From NCBI RefSeq assembly GCF_000315625.1, contig NW_005434641.1:511113-575112 (forward strand): 64,000 nucleotides of DNA, written 5' to 3'. The position numbers and the translations under genes were made by a program. A model generated the notes under the pieces. The model was given only the letters and a program-made list of their open reading frames with translations. It searched no databases and was not told where the DNA came from. This document shows positions 35,280 through 56,556 of this stretch, piece after piece; within the stretch, counting starts at the first letter, position 1, and the number at the start of each line of letters is the position of its first letter. The DNA comes from Guillardia theta CCMP2712. Taxonomy: Eukaryota; Protista; Cryptophyta.

Positions 35280-35606
35280 ATGATACCAGAACTTCTTCTG
35301 ATCGGAGCGGGATATGCCGCTGCCGTCCTCGTGGCTGTGGATGCTTCCATTGTGGGATCCTACTTGGCGGCCCAAAATGATCAGGTGAAGGAGACGGAAA
35401 TGGAGCAGGTGAGCCAGATTAGTCAGAGCAACTTTCGTAACTTGCGATATTCGAACTATCAATCCAAGTTGGTGACTTCTCCATAGCAGGATGTGAACGT
35501 AGAAGACAAAGGAACTTTCGGCAGTCCTGAGTATCCAACCAATCAGAGAACAAACCTCTATTCGCAGCCCGAAACTCGTTACCCTGATCAAGTGGCAATG
35601 TTGTAA
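35280..35606 (+). CDS. Small hypothetical protein with N-terminal hydrophobic segment
   Basis: MIPELLLIGAGYAAAVLVAVDASIVGSYLAAQ, one GT-AG intron (~35409-35486), and a second exon ending VAML*. An upstream acceptor at ~35249 suggests a further 5' exon. Confidence 0.45.
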
Positions 35607-35827
35607 GCATGTGGTTTGTACGATTTCCCTCCTCGACATCCGTTTGTCACCAGAAATGCTACAGCGACAAAACCGACATGTTCTTGCTCACTTTTCCACG
35701 ATGAATTTATTGTAATATAAACTTTTGTTTTATGGTATTATCTGATAAAGGATCGGTGATCAAAAAATTTTCCTAGAATGTAAAAAAATATCTTTTTATG
35801 ACCTCGATGGAAAACGGAAAAATAGAT

Positions 35828-36667
35828 CTATTGTGCCTTCATGGCCTTCTTCGCTTCCCGTGCTGAGATGTAGGACTTCCTGTAGAAATGCCCGAAGAGC
35901 ATGAGCATCTGAAAGAAATCGTCAGATGTATGGTCATTCGCTTTCACCGCCCATCACCTGGATGTGGTACACGAACTGAGCCCATGCCAGGTGCCTTGGG
36001 AGAATGGTCTCAAAAGCAAGCACGAGGCAAGCATGAATAATGCACATGGCGAACTGAAACGAGAACATCACCTCAAATTGCCCGAGGTGAGAGGAAAGAA
36101 TACCTGGATCAGCTGTGCCTGAGTGATGAACTTCTTGAACGGGTTGGTGTAGCCCATAGAAGTCCAGAAGTAGTGAGAGTACATAATACAGTGGATGATG
36201 CTGTTGATCAGGCAACCAAAAGCAGCGGTTCCATTTCCATGCCCAATGTACAACATAGCCCCCCAAATCATGCCAATGCTTGCGTGGTGGTAGACATGCA
36301 GAAAGGTGAGTTGCTGCTTCTCCTTGCCCCTCAAGATGATGAAGAGGGTGTCAAAAAAGTCCAAAAATTTCGACATATAGTGAACGAAAACAAAGTACTC
36401 CAGCTGCGCAGTGTACTGTTTGTTGATGCCGAAAATGTTGGTCGGAGTCGACAGCGAAACTAATCCCCAAATCATGTACACGTTCAAGATGACCTGTGCT
36501 AGGTTATACACCTGCATGGGAAACTTCAAAACAAAAGGCTGCCGTCCTTGCATGAACTTCCGCACGATGACAATCATGAGCAGATAGCCAGAAAGCATGC
36601 TGGTCATGCATTCCTTGGAGACGAAAAAATCGTACACCGGGCCCGAGAGGTATTGCAAAGTTGCCAT
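35828..36667 (-). CDS. ELO: ELO-family fatty acid elongase (PUFA-elongase type)
   Basis: KFLDFFDTLFIIL, QLTFLHVYHH, NSIIHCIMYSHY and ITQAQLIQ|F motifs, two introns, and a Lys-containing C-terminus. Confidence 0.95.
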
Positions 36668-36829
36668 GGTAGTCAGTGGCCTCTCGCTAGAACGGCAAGA
36701 GTGAGAGCGTGAGAGGTCTGTGCGAGTATGGACGAGGAGGAGGTCAGGAACGAGTGAAGTAGGGCGAACGGATGTGAAGGCGCACTAGGAACGAAGGGCA
36801 GTGGGAATGGAGGAGGATGGGATCAGTCA

Positions 36830-37410
36830 GCCCTGGGGGGTAGGGGGTATTTTTGAAGGGGTAGTCAGTTGCTATCGATTGATATAAGGGGTGGGTATGT
36901 GTTCTTTTCATAATCAACAGCATGTATGGGGTGGGTACTCATTTTTAATACAGGGTGGTGGGTAGCCATTGAAGGGTCATACTCAGGATAGGGTAGTGTT
37001 AAAGGCCTAGAGGGTGGGGTAAGAGTGGGGAGGGGGTCCAACAATTTGGATCCTCGGTCTAAAATTGGATTGAGCCTCGTGTGATCCTTCTGAAATTCAG
37101 AGAAATGTTTGAAAACAAATAAGGGAATTTGGTCAAATCTCCTAAATCTCCGGCGTCTCCAGGCAGCTCCCCTCGGTCGTGGTCGCATGAGGATCATGAA
37201 TTTTTCGTTTGGGGCAAAATCTTGAGATGTTCGCAAGAAAAGTTTCAAATTATTGTATAAAATTTTAAATATTAAGATTATATTTCAATACATTCCGATC
37301 TTGTTGATCCCCTGTGCAAAATCTTGACCCAAAACGCATGCAAAGCCCTACCCCCGGTACTTCTAGTCCTACTACCCCTATATCTTCCCTCACAAAGTAC
37401 CCCCTCTGCT
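36830..37410. repeat. Polarised GGGTA tract / AT-rich core / TACCC tract in divergent intergenic region
   Basis: G-rich at 36830-37040, AT-rich at ~37200-37300, C-rich at 37345-37410, then a small CCGG island at 37420-37530. Confidence 0.5.
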
Positions 37411-37840
37411 TCCAGGCTCCGTCCCGGGGCCTTGACGGCACAACAACCTCAGTCAATGTTGCCTCCGGGCCGGGCCCGACCGGGCCGATCGGACGATGCC
37501 CGACCCTTACACGGTGCGCCGGTGCCGGGTCAAAATGGCGGGGTAAGGAATGTTGGGGAGGGAGGAAGGGGAGCGACGAGGGAGACATGCTTGAGTGAAG
37601 ATAGAGTAGAGCTCTAGCATCGCAGGTTGAATCTCCCTCTCTAGCTCTAGTTCTTGTCAGCAGTATGATGTCTCCTGGTGTTTGTTGTTGATGTCCGCCG
37701 TTAGTTTCTGGGATGTACATCACGCCGAACAGCATGTCGGGGAAAAGCCATCTCTCATGACTTTGATTGGGATGATATATGTGTATCAATATACGCAGAG
37801 GAATTTCATGCTGAACCGTTTCCTCGTTCTTGCCCTCCAG

Positions 37841-39333
37841 GTTCCTTCGGCAGAGCGCCTCTGCGTTTGGCGCCAGGTGTCTTCGAGGGCGTTGGAGAAA
37901 CTTCACATCGACAAGTGACGGGAGTGACGGGGCGAAATATGCAGAACACCGAGAGACGCCGTTGTCACGATGGACAGTGAGCGGTGAACGACCGGATCGT
38001 GCGCTTGCTTTCCCACAGTACTGGGATGCTTTCTACAAGAGCAAGGAGAGCGAGGACCCTGGGTCCTTGTACGATTGGTATTCAAACAGTGATGTGCTGC
38101 AAGGAGTGCTGTGGAACAAGTTAAGAAGGCTGCAGGTTGCTTGCCTCCCCCTCCCCCCCCCTCCTCATCTCTTCTCTCCCCCTCCCCTCTTCCCTCCCTC
38201 GAGAGCATCATCCCATCGGTCATTCACGACAGTGTTTCGCAGGCAGGACACCTTGTCCTTCATGCAGGGTGTGGAACAAGCGCTCTCTCCCTCGCACTTT
38301 CCAGCCATTTTAAGGACATACGATTCATTCATGCAGACTTCTCGATGCAGGGGCTAGAGTTGATGAAGCACCGCCATCCAGGTCTCTAGATTGCTTCTTT
38401 TCCTCGTCCTCCCCATTCTCCTCCTCCTCCATCAAAACTTTCGAATTTTTCCGCAAGCTCCCTGTTCTTCCTTTTCCTCCGTGTCTCCTCCTCGTCCTCA
38501 CCTCCCACACAGAGTTGAACTGGATGGCTATGGACGTTCGGCAGCTCCCGTTCGCTGACAGGAGCTTGGCGGCGGTGGTGGAGAAGGGGACGATGGACGC
38601 GCTCCTGTGAGCTACGAGGCCAAGCCCTCCTCTCTTGCTAGTTACTTTATGCAAGGCGGAAGGGAGACGACGCGTGGCTGGACATGTGCAAGGAATGCTC
38701 CCGCGCGCTCTCTCAGGGTGAGAACCGCCTCATTCTTTCGTTCTACTTCCTCGTTCCATTCCCTCCTGGCTATGACCCTTGAGGATCTTCTTGTCCTCTC
38801 TTCTCCCTTCTGCCTTTACTCTCCTCCCTTCCTCCCCCCACCTCCGCCTCCTCCCTCTCATCCACTTCCCACGTCCCCCTCCCCCCCATCCCTCTTTTCT
38901 CATCAAGGAAGCATCCTTCGTTTTGTTCATCCTCATGGCTCCCTGCGCGAGTCTCCTCCTTGTGCCACAGCTCCTCCTCTGTGCTCCAGCGGCTGCTCGT
39001 CGCTCATGACGTTTTCAGGAGGTATTTTCCTTCAGATTACTGACGAGCCTCCGGAACTTCGACTTCCGCTCCTAGAGCATCTGTGAGTAGAATTGAGGAA
39101 GGGAAGTGAGGAAAGGCAGGGAGACGAATGGGAGAGCAGAGGGAAGCAGAGAAGGAAGAGGGCGAGGAGGAGGAGGAGGGAAGGAGGGGGGGGGGAAGAG
39201 GAGAGGGAGGACGGGAGGATTGGAAGGTGATGACGCCAGGGATGTCAGGAGGGAGTGGCAAGTGAGTTTCAGCGCAGTGGATGCGAATGACGACGGGTAT
39301 GAGTATTTCGTATACTCCTGTGAGATGCGATGA
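37841..39333 (+). CDS. Class I SAM-dependent methyltransferase, EEF1AKMT4/METTL13-N-like (5' end uncertain)
   Basis: YWDAFY...YDWY, VLHAGCGTS (motif I), HADFS, WMAMDVRQLPF, VVEKGTMDAL, GGIFLQIT..PPELRLPLL and YFVY. Confidence 0.85.
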
Positions 39334-39691
39334 GTACTAGTACTGTCTGCCATCGATGATCGGACTTCTGTCTTCCCTCTGTACAATCTTCAACGCTGCA
39401 TAGTGCAAATGTTCCCTCCATGTTGCGTGATGGAGTGACTCAGCAGACTCTCTCGTCAACAAACCCGCGTCCCTCCTCTACCCGTATCCTTCCGATCAAC
39501 GGACGCGCCTTACCACCAGGTTTCATTCTCACAAACACATCGAGCGACATGAATGGTACTCTACATCCTCCCGCTACATTCGCCGCCAGCAACCTCCCCA
39601 CGAGCCCAGCAACTGCTCGCACTTTGCCGGACAAAGTGTGCTGGTCTACTTCGTTTAGTCCGTCCATCCATCTTTCACCCAGCCGTTGAAA

Positions 39692-40599
39692 TCACTGAGC
39701 GCTCTCCTCCTCAGTATCAGGACCCACCGCAGCTGATTCCCCTCCCTCCTCAGTTGTTGTCTCCTCTGTAGCACCCTCCTCTCCCTCGGCTCCCTCTGAA
39801 GCACCCTCGGCTCCCTCCTCTGTAGCTCCCTCCTCGCCCTCAGCACCCTCTTCGCTCCCCTCAGCTTCAGTGCCTTCCTCGGCAGCAGGAGTGTCCTGCT
39901 CGAAGGGGAACCTCTCAGGGGCAGGAGCGTTGATGTCGCTCTCCATGTCCTGCTCACCATAAGCGCTGTCGTAAAATTGAGGAAGAGAATAATCTCACCT
40001 GCTCATGCTGAGCCTGATGAATCTCCGCGATCAAAGCGGGATCGATAGCCTGCGCAGAGACATTACGGGTATTCACTCATACAGCGATAGTCTCGATCCA
40101 CAAGTTTGTTCACTTCGCTCACCTCGCTCTCTGACGCGATCGTGCCGTTAGCGATCATGGCCTCAATCAAAGTTCCTTCAAGAAGGCATGAGATAACAAG
40201 GGATCAACGGGTCAGATCAAGCATACCATTCATCTTTCCGATTGCACGAAGGGCCCAGTCTGCGCAACCATGAGCATCGCATCTCCAACACGCCACCGGC
40301 TCCGCTCACTTGCACGGCGTTCGATCCGGTCTTCGTTGCCTACTCCCCAGAACGTGTGGTCGAAGAGAGGAGGATGGTTCTCCTCCGGCATGTTCACCTC
40401 CTGTATTTAAACATCAGAGCGGCAGCAGGTAGCCGGGTGTGAGGCTGACCAGAGCGACCGCGGACGAGGATTGAGACATCCAGATCATGCTCACTGCCAC
40501 AACCAACCCCATGGCTGCAGCGCAAGCAGCGATCATGACCTGAGAGCCGTCAGGGATCCTTCTCATGAGGACGCCAAAGGTAAGACTTACAGCTTTCAT
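39692..40599 (-). CDS. Hypothetical signal-anchored/secreted protein with acidic (EEGAEG)-repeat tail
   Basis: MKA|VMIAACAAAMGLVVAVSMIWM hydrophobic start, several short exons, and a last exon with imperfect EEGAEG/EEGAT repeats. Confidence 0.65.
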
Positions 40600-41196
40600 C
40601 TCCGTTGCCGGTCGATGAAGCGAAACAGCTGCAGAGCCAAGATGTCAGAGCGGCGCAGGCAGCGATAGCTGATCTCAGGGAAGTGACATGTACAAGCTCT
40701 CAAACAGATTTCAAATCATTTCAACCCCAGTCAGCGGGGATAGCAACAAGAAAAGAAAAGAATGCTTGCATGGCAAAATCGGAGAGACGAAAACAGCGCA
40801 ACAAATTACAAATCATATGAGGGTTCGAAAAAAATCATGTATTGCATACGATCAAGCGAGGGAGGGCAGGGATGTAGGCAGGCAGGAGAAGGGGGAGGCA
40901 AGGACGATGGAAGGGGGGAGGGGAGGGGAGGGCAGGAGGGAGGGGAAGGAAGGAGGGAGGGAGAGGGAGGAGGAGGAGGAGGAGAGGGGAGGAGGGAGGA
41001 GGAGAGGGGAGGCAAAGTTTTCTCACGTCGCTCGTTGAGGGAGGATGTGCCATAGTTCACAACCACCATGGCGGCTCTTCGTGCTGAACCGTAACCGTCA
41101 CCCTTCATATGAAACTGTACATAACGGTCATTTAACGGCGCTGGAGGTAAAATAAAAAAAATCCTTTTCTTTGTGTAAAGCCGGTCATACAAGCAA

Positions 41197-41843
41197 ATGC
41201 AGGCGCTGACGATGCGGGCGATGATGGCGCTATGTCGCAGTAGCTTCTCTCAATCGCAGAACATGAGCACTGAAGAACTTCAGATACTCATGGACGATCG
41301 GCCGGAGGAAGTTGTCATACTGGACGTCAGAAGGAAAGACGAGGTAACCCACCGCTCAGTTGTATACCTTGCCGCTGACTTTCCTGGGCAAGTTCGATGT
41401 ATCACACATCAAAGGAGCAATTTGTGCAGGAGAAAACGGCGAACTTATAGATCTTGCTGCTGTCGCAAGCTCTGTGGAGAAAGATGCGCCCAATGGAGGC
41501 AAGACAATAGCGTGCTATTGCTCGGTAGGTTATCGAAGTGCCCGGCTGGCCCAGAAGCTTTTGGTGGAGCATGGCTGCAGAAGAGCCTTCAACGTTGAGG
41601 GCTCGATCTTCAAGTGATGCTACATGCTTGTATGCTTTGAGAGGTTGTAACATGTCGGAACACAGGTGGGCGAATGAGGGAAGAAGGGTTTTCCGAGGGG
41701 AAGTCGAAGTGGTCCCGACCAAAGTGCATCCGTACAATCATGTTTATGGGCAGGTATGCACCCGATCATGGTCGTGTTCAGAGGTTTTTCATTGACAATC
41801 AATCTTGCAGTTGTTAAACTCCAAGTTTCGTTATCCTGTTTGA
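41197..41843 (+). CDS. Single-domain rhodanese-like sulfurtransferase
   Basis: ILDVRRKDE|FDVSHIKGA, active loop YCSVGYRS, NVEGSIFK|WANEG and VHPYNHVYGQ|LL; three introns. Confidence 0.9.
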
Positions 41844-42008
41844 GCGAAATTACGGGAAAGTTAGCTTACAATCGTTTCGTGATTGTTTCTCCATGTATAT
41901 ATTTACAATCCTTCAAGATAAGATGCGGCAATCAAGCCGCATAATGCTATGAACATTCAAAACTTCTCATGTTTTGCTCCGGATGACCTGCTCAGTCAGT
42001 CTGGGACC

Positions 42009-42844
42009 TCAAACTCTGCTTGTAACACAATGCTGCACTGGGTCGCAGGAATCCGAGAATTCCGTTGGTTGAGGAGTGGGCGTCTGCGACCTGTATTCCC
42101 TGGGCCTGAGATACGATAGAGCAAGCTCTCCATGACGTAAAGCACTGTCGTCTCTACTGGTGACACATGAGACTGACGGTTGTCGTCCGTAGTAGATTTC
42201 ATCAAGTCGACAGTCAGATGCTTTTCTTTTTGACGAGATTATCTGTTCGACTCCGGTGTTCACCATGGAGAAGTCCGTTGAGGGCGGGGAATGTTCTTGA
42301 GAGACTGGTTGATGTTTCTTCTGCAGTTGAAAGTTGCGTATCTCCAACAGGGAGGTTGCCTTGGGGTCTGGGAGGAAAGCAACAGAATCTACGATGAGTT
42401 GTGTTGGGATTCGAAGTCTACAAAACCTGTCTGCGACTCATTTGAGTTGGGCCGGCCTGCGTAGTAAATGATCTGGAGAAGAATTTTATCTTTTCGATGC
42501 CTTGGCAGCTCATTTCAGAAACAATATATCACCATGACACTGAATACCTCGCGATATCCAGCGGAGTATGCCCGATTTCGTTTTTCACCGTCGGATCCGC
42601 TCCGCATTTCAGGAGCATGAATGCAGATTTATGTTTTCCTGACAAACAAGCCAAGTGCAAGGGTGTCATTCCTGCCTTAGTTTTGCAGTTCATATCGATG
42701 CCTTCATGGGAACCGAGTCAGGGTTGTTTCAGATCGCCAAAATCCCCCACCTTGTTCTTTCAACATGGAGATTGTGTTCAAGGATTCAGCTTGTACAGAG
42801 CTGAACAGAGCTCTTTCCCCTTCCATGCGGCTGGCAGAATCCAT
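42009..42844 (-). CDS. Ankyrin-repeat protein
   Basis: The spliced exon reads GIDMNCKTKAGMTPLHLACLSGKHKSAFMLLKCGADPTVKNEIGHTPLDIAR, followed by a low-complexity tail. Confidence 0.75.
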
Positions 42845-43651
42845 GCCCGTCCCCTTCAGAATCAAGTTCAGTGCTTTCCCACCACTTATATTCATGCCAA
42901 AGATCACAAAGTTCGCCACGAGTACATGCCTCAGTCAATGAGGGGTTTCAAGTGACAAAAGCTCACTTCTACCAGACAAAACATGAGTTCAGTCCGCAAT
43001 CTCTCTATCGTATCCGCGACCTCAAGAATAAAAGCTCCGAGAACTCTCTCACGCAGCAACCCCAACTTTCAAGACAGTAGGTTGCGACTTCTCAAGTGTG
43101 GACAAGGCTAAACTGATCAACTCATCGTGTCTGCAGACCATCACACAGTCTTCCACCACAAATTTGCATCTCACATGAGAAACATCGCATCTTCAGCTTA
43201 CCTTCTCCTTCATTGCGCTACAACATCCCGCCGCTCTCCCCACCTCGTTACCCATTTCGCCGGCACCCTTTACCGACGCAACCACCCTATGGCCCCAGCA
43301 CCCATCTGTTGTGTCCATCGCCATTTTCCACTGTGAGAGCCAGGGTCCAACCTTGCCCTATTTGCATTAGTGCTTCAATCATAAGATATGATACCTTGTG
43401 GTACTGAGATTACATCTCCCGATTTGTGCACTTTTAACGAACTTCGGAACGAGAGCTCACTCTTCGACTCCGTCAGATAACTAAAATCTTTACTCACCCG
43501 GAGAGTCGCCGGGCCGCGGCCGACAAGTCTCTTTCACTCAAGTGCTGAAGATTTCCGTTGACACAAAGAAAAACGTCAAACTTGACTAAGGGGACTGGAC
43601 TGCCATTCAGCGGCTCCTCTTGGAATCTCTGAGAAGGCTGGAGGGGTAGCG

Positions 43652-52753
<9,102 letters not shown>

Positions 52754-52830
52754 GAGGTCTCCTTAGCCAGCAGGAAGGGAGCAACTTCTTTGTCAGATTC
52801 TGCTCGATCAAGTTACAAGGCCCTCAAGGT

Positions 52831-55800
52831 TCAAGTGCAGGGAGGATGACTACCTTCAAAGCTTCCGTTCTCCATGCTCGCTCCCTCCTCCCTCCTCCCT
52901 TCCTTCCGCTCTCCTTTCTTTCCCCTCCTCTCCTCTTTCCGCTCTTCTCTCTCTGCCTTCTCCACCTCTTCTCTTTGCTCCGTTTTCGCTCCATTCCCAT
53001 CCTCCGCCTTCGTCCCCTCCTCCTCCTTTCCTCCCGGGAGATTCCCTGGTCTTTCGGGGGTCTCGCTCCTGTTCCTGATCTTGGAAGCGTAGTAACTGAA
53101 CTTCACGCATACAGCTGGAGGGTTCTTCGACCTGCTCCCCCCCTTGAGCTCCAGTGGCAGCCAAATCTCTCCTCCTGTCTTGCCCTTGTCCTCCGCCTCC
53201 TGTTCCTCCTCCTCCTCACTCCAGATCGAGCTTCTGTGCTGAGACTTGACATGCTCTGTAATGTCGACCTCCCCCGTCGCGTACTCCACCTCCTGCCTGT
53301 GGACAGTGGAGGAGGAGACGAGCTGTGGGCGGGTCCTGTACTGAACGATCCTCAGGCTCATCCTCCTCGACTCTCTGTTCAGCGAGAAGTTCATCCGCTG
53401 GTTCCAGTGCACCGACGTCCCTCTCCCCTCCACCTCGTTGGTGCTCAGAGTGATAGGAGCGATACTAATCTCACAGCTGTAGGCCAGGGGGATGCCGTCG
53501 GAGCTCGGGCTCAGGTGCTTTCCTCGCATCACCCACACCTCCAGGAAGCCTTCGGTCTTGCCGTCCATCTCCGGCGACTGCAGCGAGTACACGTAGTCCT
53601 CCCGGTGAACGAGCATGTCGGCGCTGGGGGACGTGATGACGTAGGGGACCGGGTTCGACTTCTCCGACTTGCGGTAGATGCCAAGGGGCAGCGTCATGCA
53701 CTTGAGGACGAGGTACTGGAAGAGCTGGATGTAGGGCTTGCCCTCGAAGTCGACGGGGACGGGGAAGAAGGAGAGCTGAGAGGGATGCAGGTTGGGGACC
53801 GAGTAGATGGGAGTGTCGCAGTTGTTGACCACCAGTTCACGGAGGATGCGGACGAGGTTGACGTTGTAGTAGGCCTGCACTGCGAGCTTGTCGAGCACAG
53901 AGTTGACGTACACCATCCCCGCGGCGAACGGGACGGCCCCGTCGATGTCGAGGAAGCCGAGGTTCTTGGAGTTGACGATCTCGCACACGATGTGGACCTC
54001 GGGCCGGACTTTGGTGATGGACTGGTAGACGAAGAGCGCATCCGCGTCTACCAGGTAGCTATGGGCCTCCAGGTCGTTGCGGTTGACGAGGCCGTTGGAG
54101 TTTGACAAGATGATGACCTTGCTGAGGCCCAGGAGCCCAGCGCGAACAAGGTCCTGCGTCTCCAGCGGGGAGCCCTGGATGTAGTAGACGCCGGGGAAGT
54201 GGCAGAGCTCGTTCCAGAGCTTGGGGGGCGGGAGCTCGGGGTTAAGGATGACGATGGGAGGGAGGAGGTCGCGGGAGATGTGCTTCGGCCGGAGGGTCGC
54301 GACGAAGTGATGCAGGTCATTGTGCATACCGCAGATCAGGACGTGACCTGTCATGGTCTCTAGCGTGCTCATGGTGCGCGACTCGATCGAGACCGGGTCG
54401 CTCGTGACGTGGTACACGCGCTCGAGCCTGGACATGAGTTGGGAAGTGTAGACGATGGTCGAGTCGTCCTGCGGGTACTTGCCCGTGGTCGTCAGCTGGG
54501 CGCTCCCCAACTCCTCCGAGAGGTTGTCCTCCTCCTCCTCGAGACCAAAGGTCCTCACTGAGTCCGCGTCCTCGACGTCCTCTGCGATCAGGAAGACGAC
54601 GGGGCTGGTGTTGGGAGGGATCCGGTAGCGGGCAGGGTTGAGGATGACCCTGCTGTACCCTAGCGTGTCGGTGATCTCAACGGCAAACAGCGTTGCTCCT
54701 GTAACCCTGTAAAGCTGGGAGCAAACTTCGTTGAAGGTCATGCCCCCGAAAGAGGGGCTGAGGGTCGTGCAGTATATCTCTTTGCCGCTCCCCGACAGGT
54801 ACTCCGTCATCCATCGCTCGCACTCGTCGCCGCTCTGACCGGAGGAGATCATGAGGTTGGATATGAGAGTTGAGAAGCCAGGGCACAGGCAGCTCTTGCC
54901 CAGCAGGTTCATCTTGATTTCGTCCATGCAGATGATCTGCACGTCCGTACCCCCGCACGTGGACACGTTGAGGTGATGACGGTTCTCCGGCCTCAGCAGC
55001 TGCAGGATGATGCGGATATCCTCCCCGGGCCTCCGAGCGCTGACGTACTTCTTGATGCTGATCGCGCGAATGATGTTGCTGCTGTCCTCTGCGAAGGGAT
55101 CCTCCGCGAACTTGTCACAGAGGATGAAGACGCAAAGGCAGTTGATGATGTCTGCCCTCTGAAGGTCCTTGTCGACCAACGCTGAGCCCTCGAGGTACAC
55201 CGTGCGGAGCGAGTAGTTGGCGCTGCTCAGGAGGGAGAGGAGGGACGCGCTGGGGACCTGGTTGCCGAGGATAACTACCTTAGTGTCGCTCATGCCGTGA
55301 TCGGGATGAAAGAACTCTTCCAGGAAGTCTCGGATGGATGAGTGGGTCACGTTACCGCAGAGCAGCACGTGCGGGTACTTTGCCGACTGGTAGGTCGCGC
55401 GGGCCCATGGGGAAGCCATAGAAAGGAGCTCCATCAGCTTGTTGATCTGAAGGAGAGCTCAGATGGAAGGTACAGCTGAAGCCGAGGGGAGGAAGCGGAG
55501 CAGAGGGAGGGGGAGGGGGAGGGGGAGGGAGAGGGGGAGAGGGGGAGAAGGGGAGAAGGAGGGGATAGCAAGTAAGGTGGGGCGGGAATGGAAAGAGTGC
55601 GTGAGGGTTCAGAAGTTCAGATGAGGAAAGAGATACAACAGGATGTGCAGGAGGAACAGGATTGAAGCAGGAGCATGCATCAACGATGAGGAAAAGTCCC
55701 AACCTGGTCGGTGATGGTCGCAAGAGAAGAGAGGATCATAATCATCGTAAGGAACTTTCCCAGGACCGTCGTCGGATAGAAATCTCCATACCCCACGGTG

Positions 55801-56556
55801 GAAACTGCGTGCAAGTGAGCGAAGGGCAACAAGAGCAGAACCTCCAAGCTGTCAACCTGTAATGATGGTGAAGTAGACAGCATCGTGGAAGGAGAAGCCT
55901 GGCTCTGGGTGGTTCCAGATATCCGCTAGGTCCTCGGGCGATCGAAACGTGAGCTCGACGACTTGAATCAGCCCGGCAAAGCAGAAGATCAAACTCAGAG
56001 CCGTCAGAACCATGGTAAAGATCTGCCGCGTCACTTCTGTTCCCACTTGCGGCCGGCCGCGGGTTGTGCGGATCAGCCGCAGGACTCGTAAGAGTTTGAG
56101 GACGCGGACGAATCGGAGGAAGTTGAGCTTAGAAGCCTTGTCGACAGGAGAGGACTGGGCGTTCATAGACTGCTTCACTGCAAAGATCACAAGGGCCGGC
56201 ATGATTGTGACAAAGTCAACCACTATGAGGGGCTGAATGAGGTGCTTCAGACGGCTCTCCGCCGCGTACAGGTAGATGACGAAGTCCGACAGGAAGATGA
56301 AGGTGATGATCAGCTCGATCTGCTCCAGAGAGCTCAGCACATTCTTCTGAGATTCCGAAACGACACTCAGGTCGGGAAAGTACGTCTGGTAGATGTAGAT
56401 GCCGACAGAGAGCAGGCTGAAGATACAAGTGGAGAGGTCGAACAGGAGTCCCCAGAAAGAGCTCAGGAGCCATGAAGCGAAGTCCTTGCGCGTTCGCTCG
56501 GCTTCTTCCGACGCTGCTGCGAACGCTAACTTGAATTTCCCCCAGTAATTGCCCAT
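52831..56556 (-). CDS. slo: Slo/BK-family potassium channel alpha subunit with C-terminal C2-like domain
   Basis: Six TM segments, S4 FLRFVRVLKLLRVLRLIR, pore VYFTIIT|VSTVGYGD, RCK1 HVLLCG...FLEEFFHPDH...LEGSAL..KDLQRA...LLGKSCLCPGFSTLISNL, RCK2 GHVLICG...IQGSPL..DLVRAG...PFAAG, then a beta-rich C2-like segment. Two introns. Confidence 0.93.
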
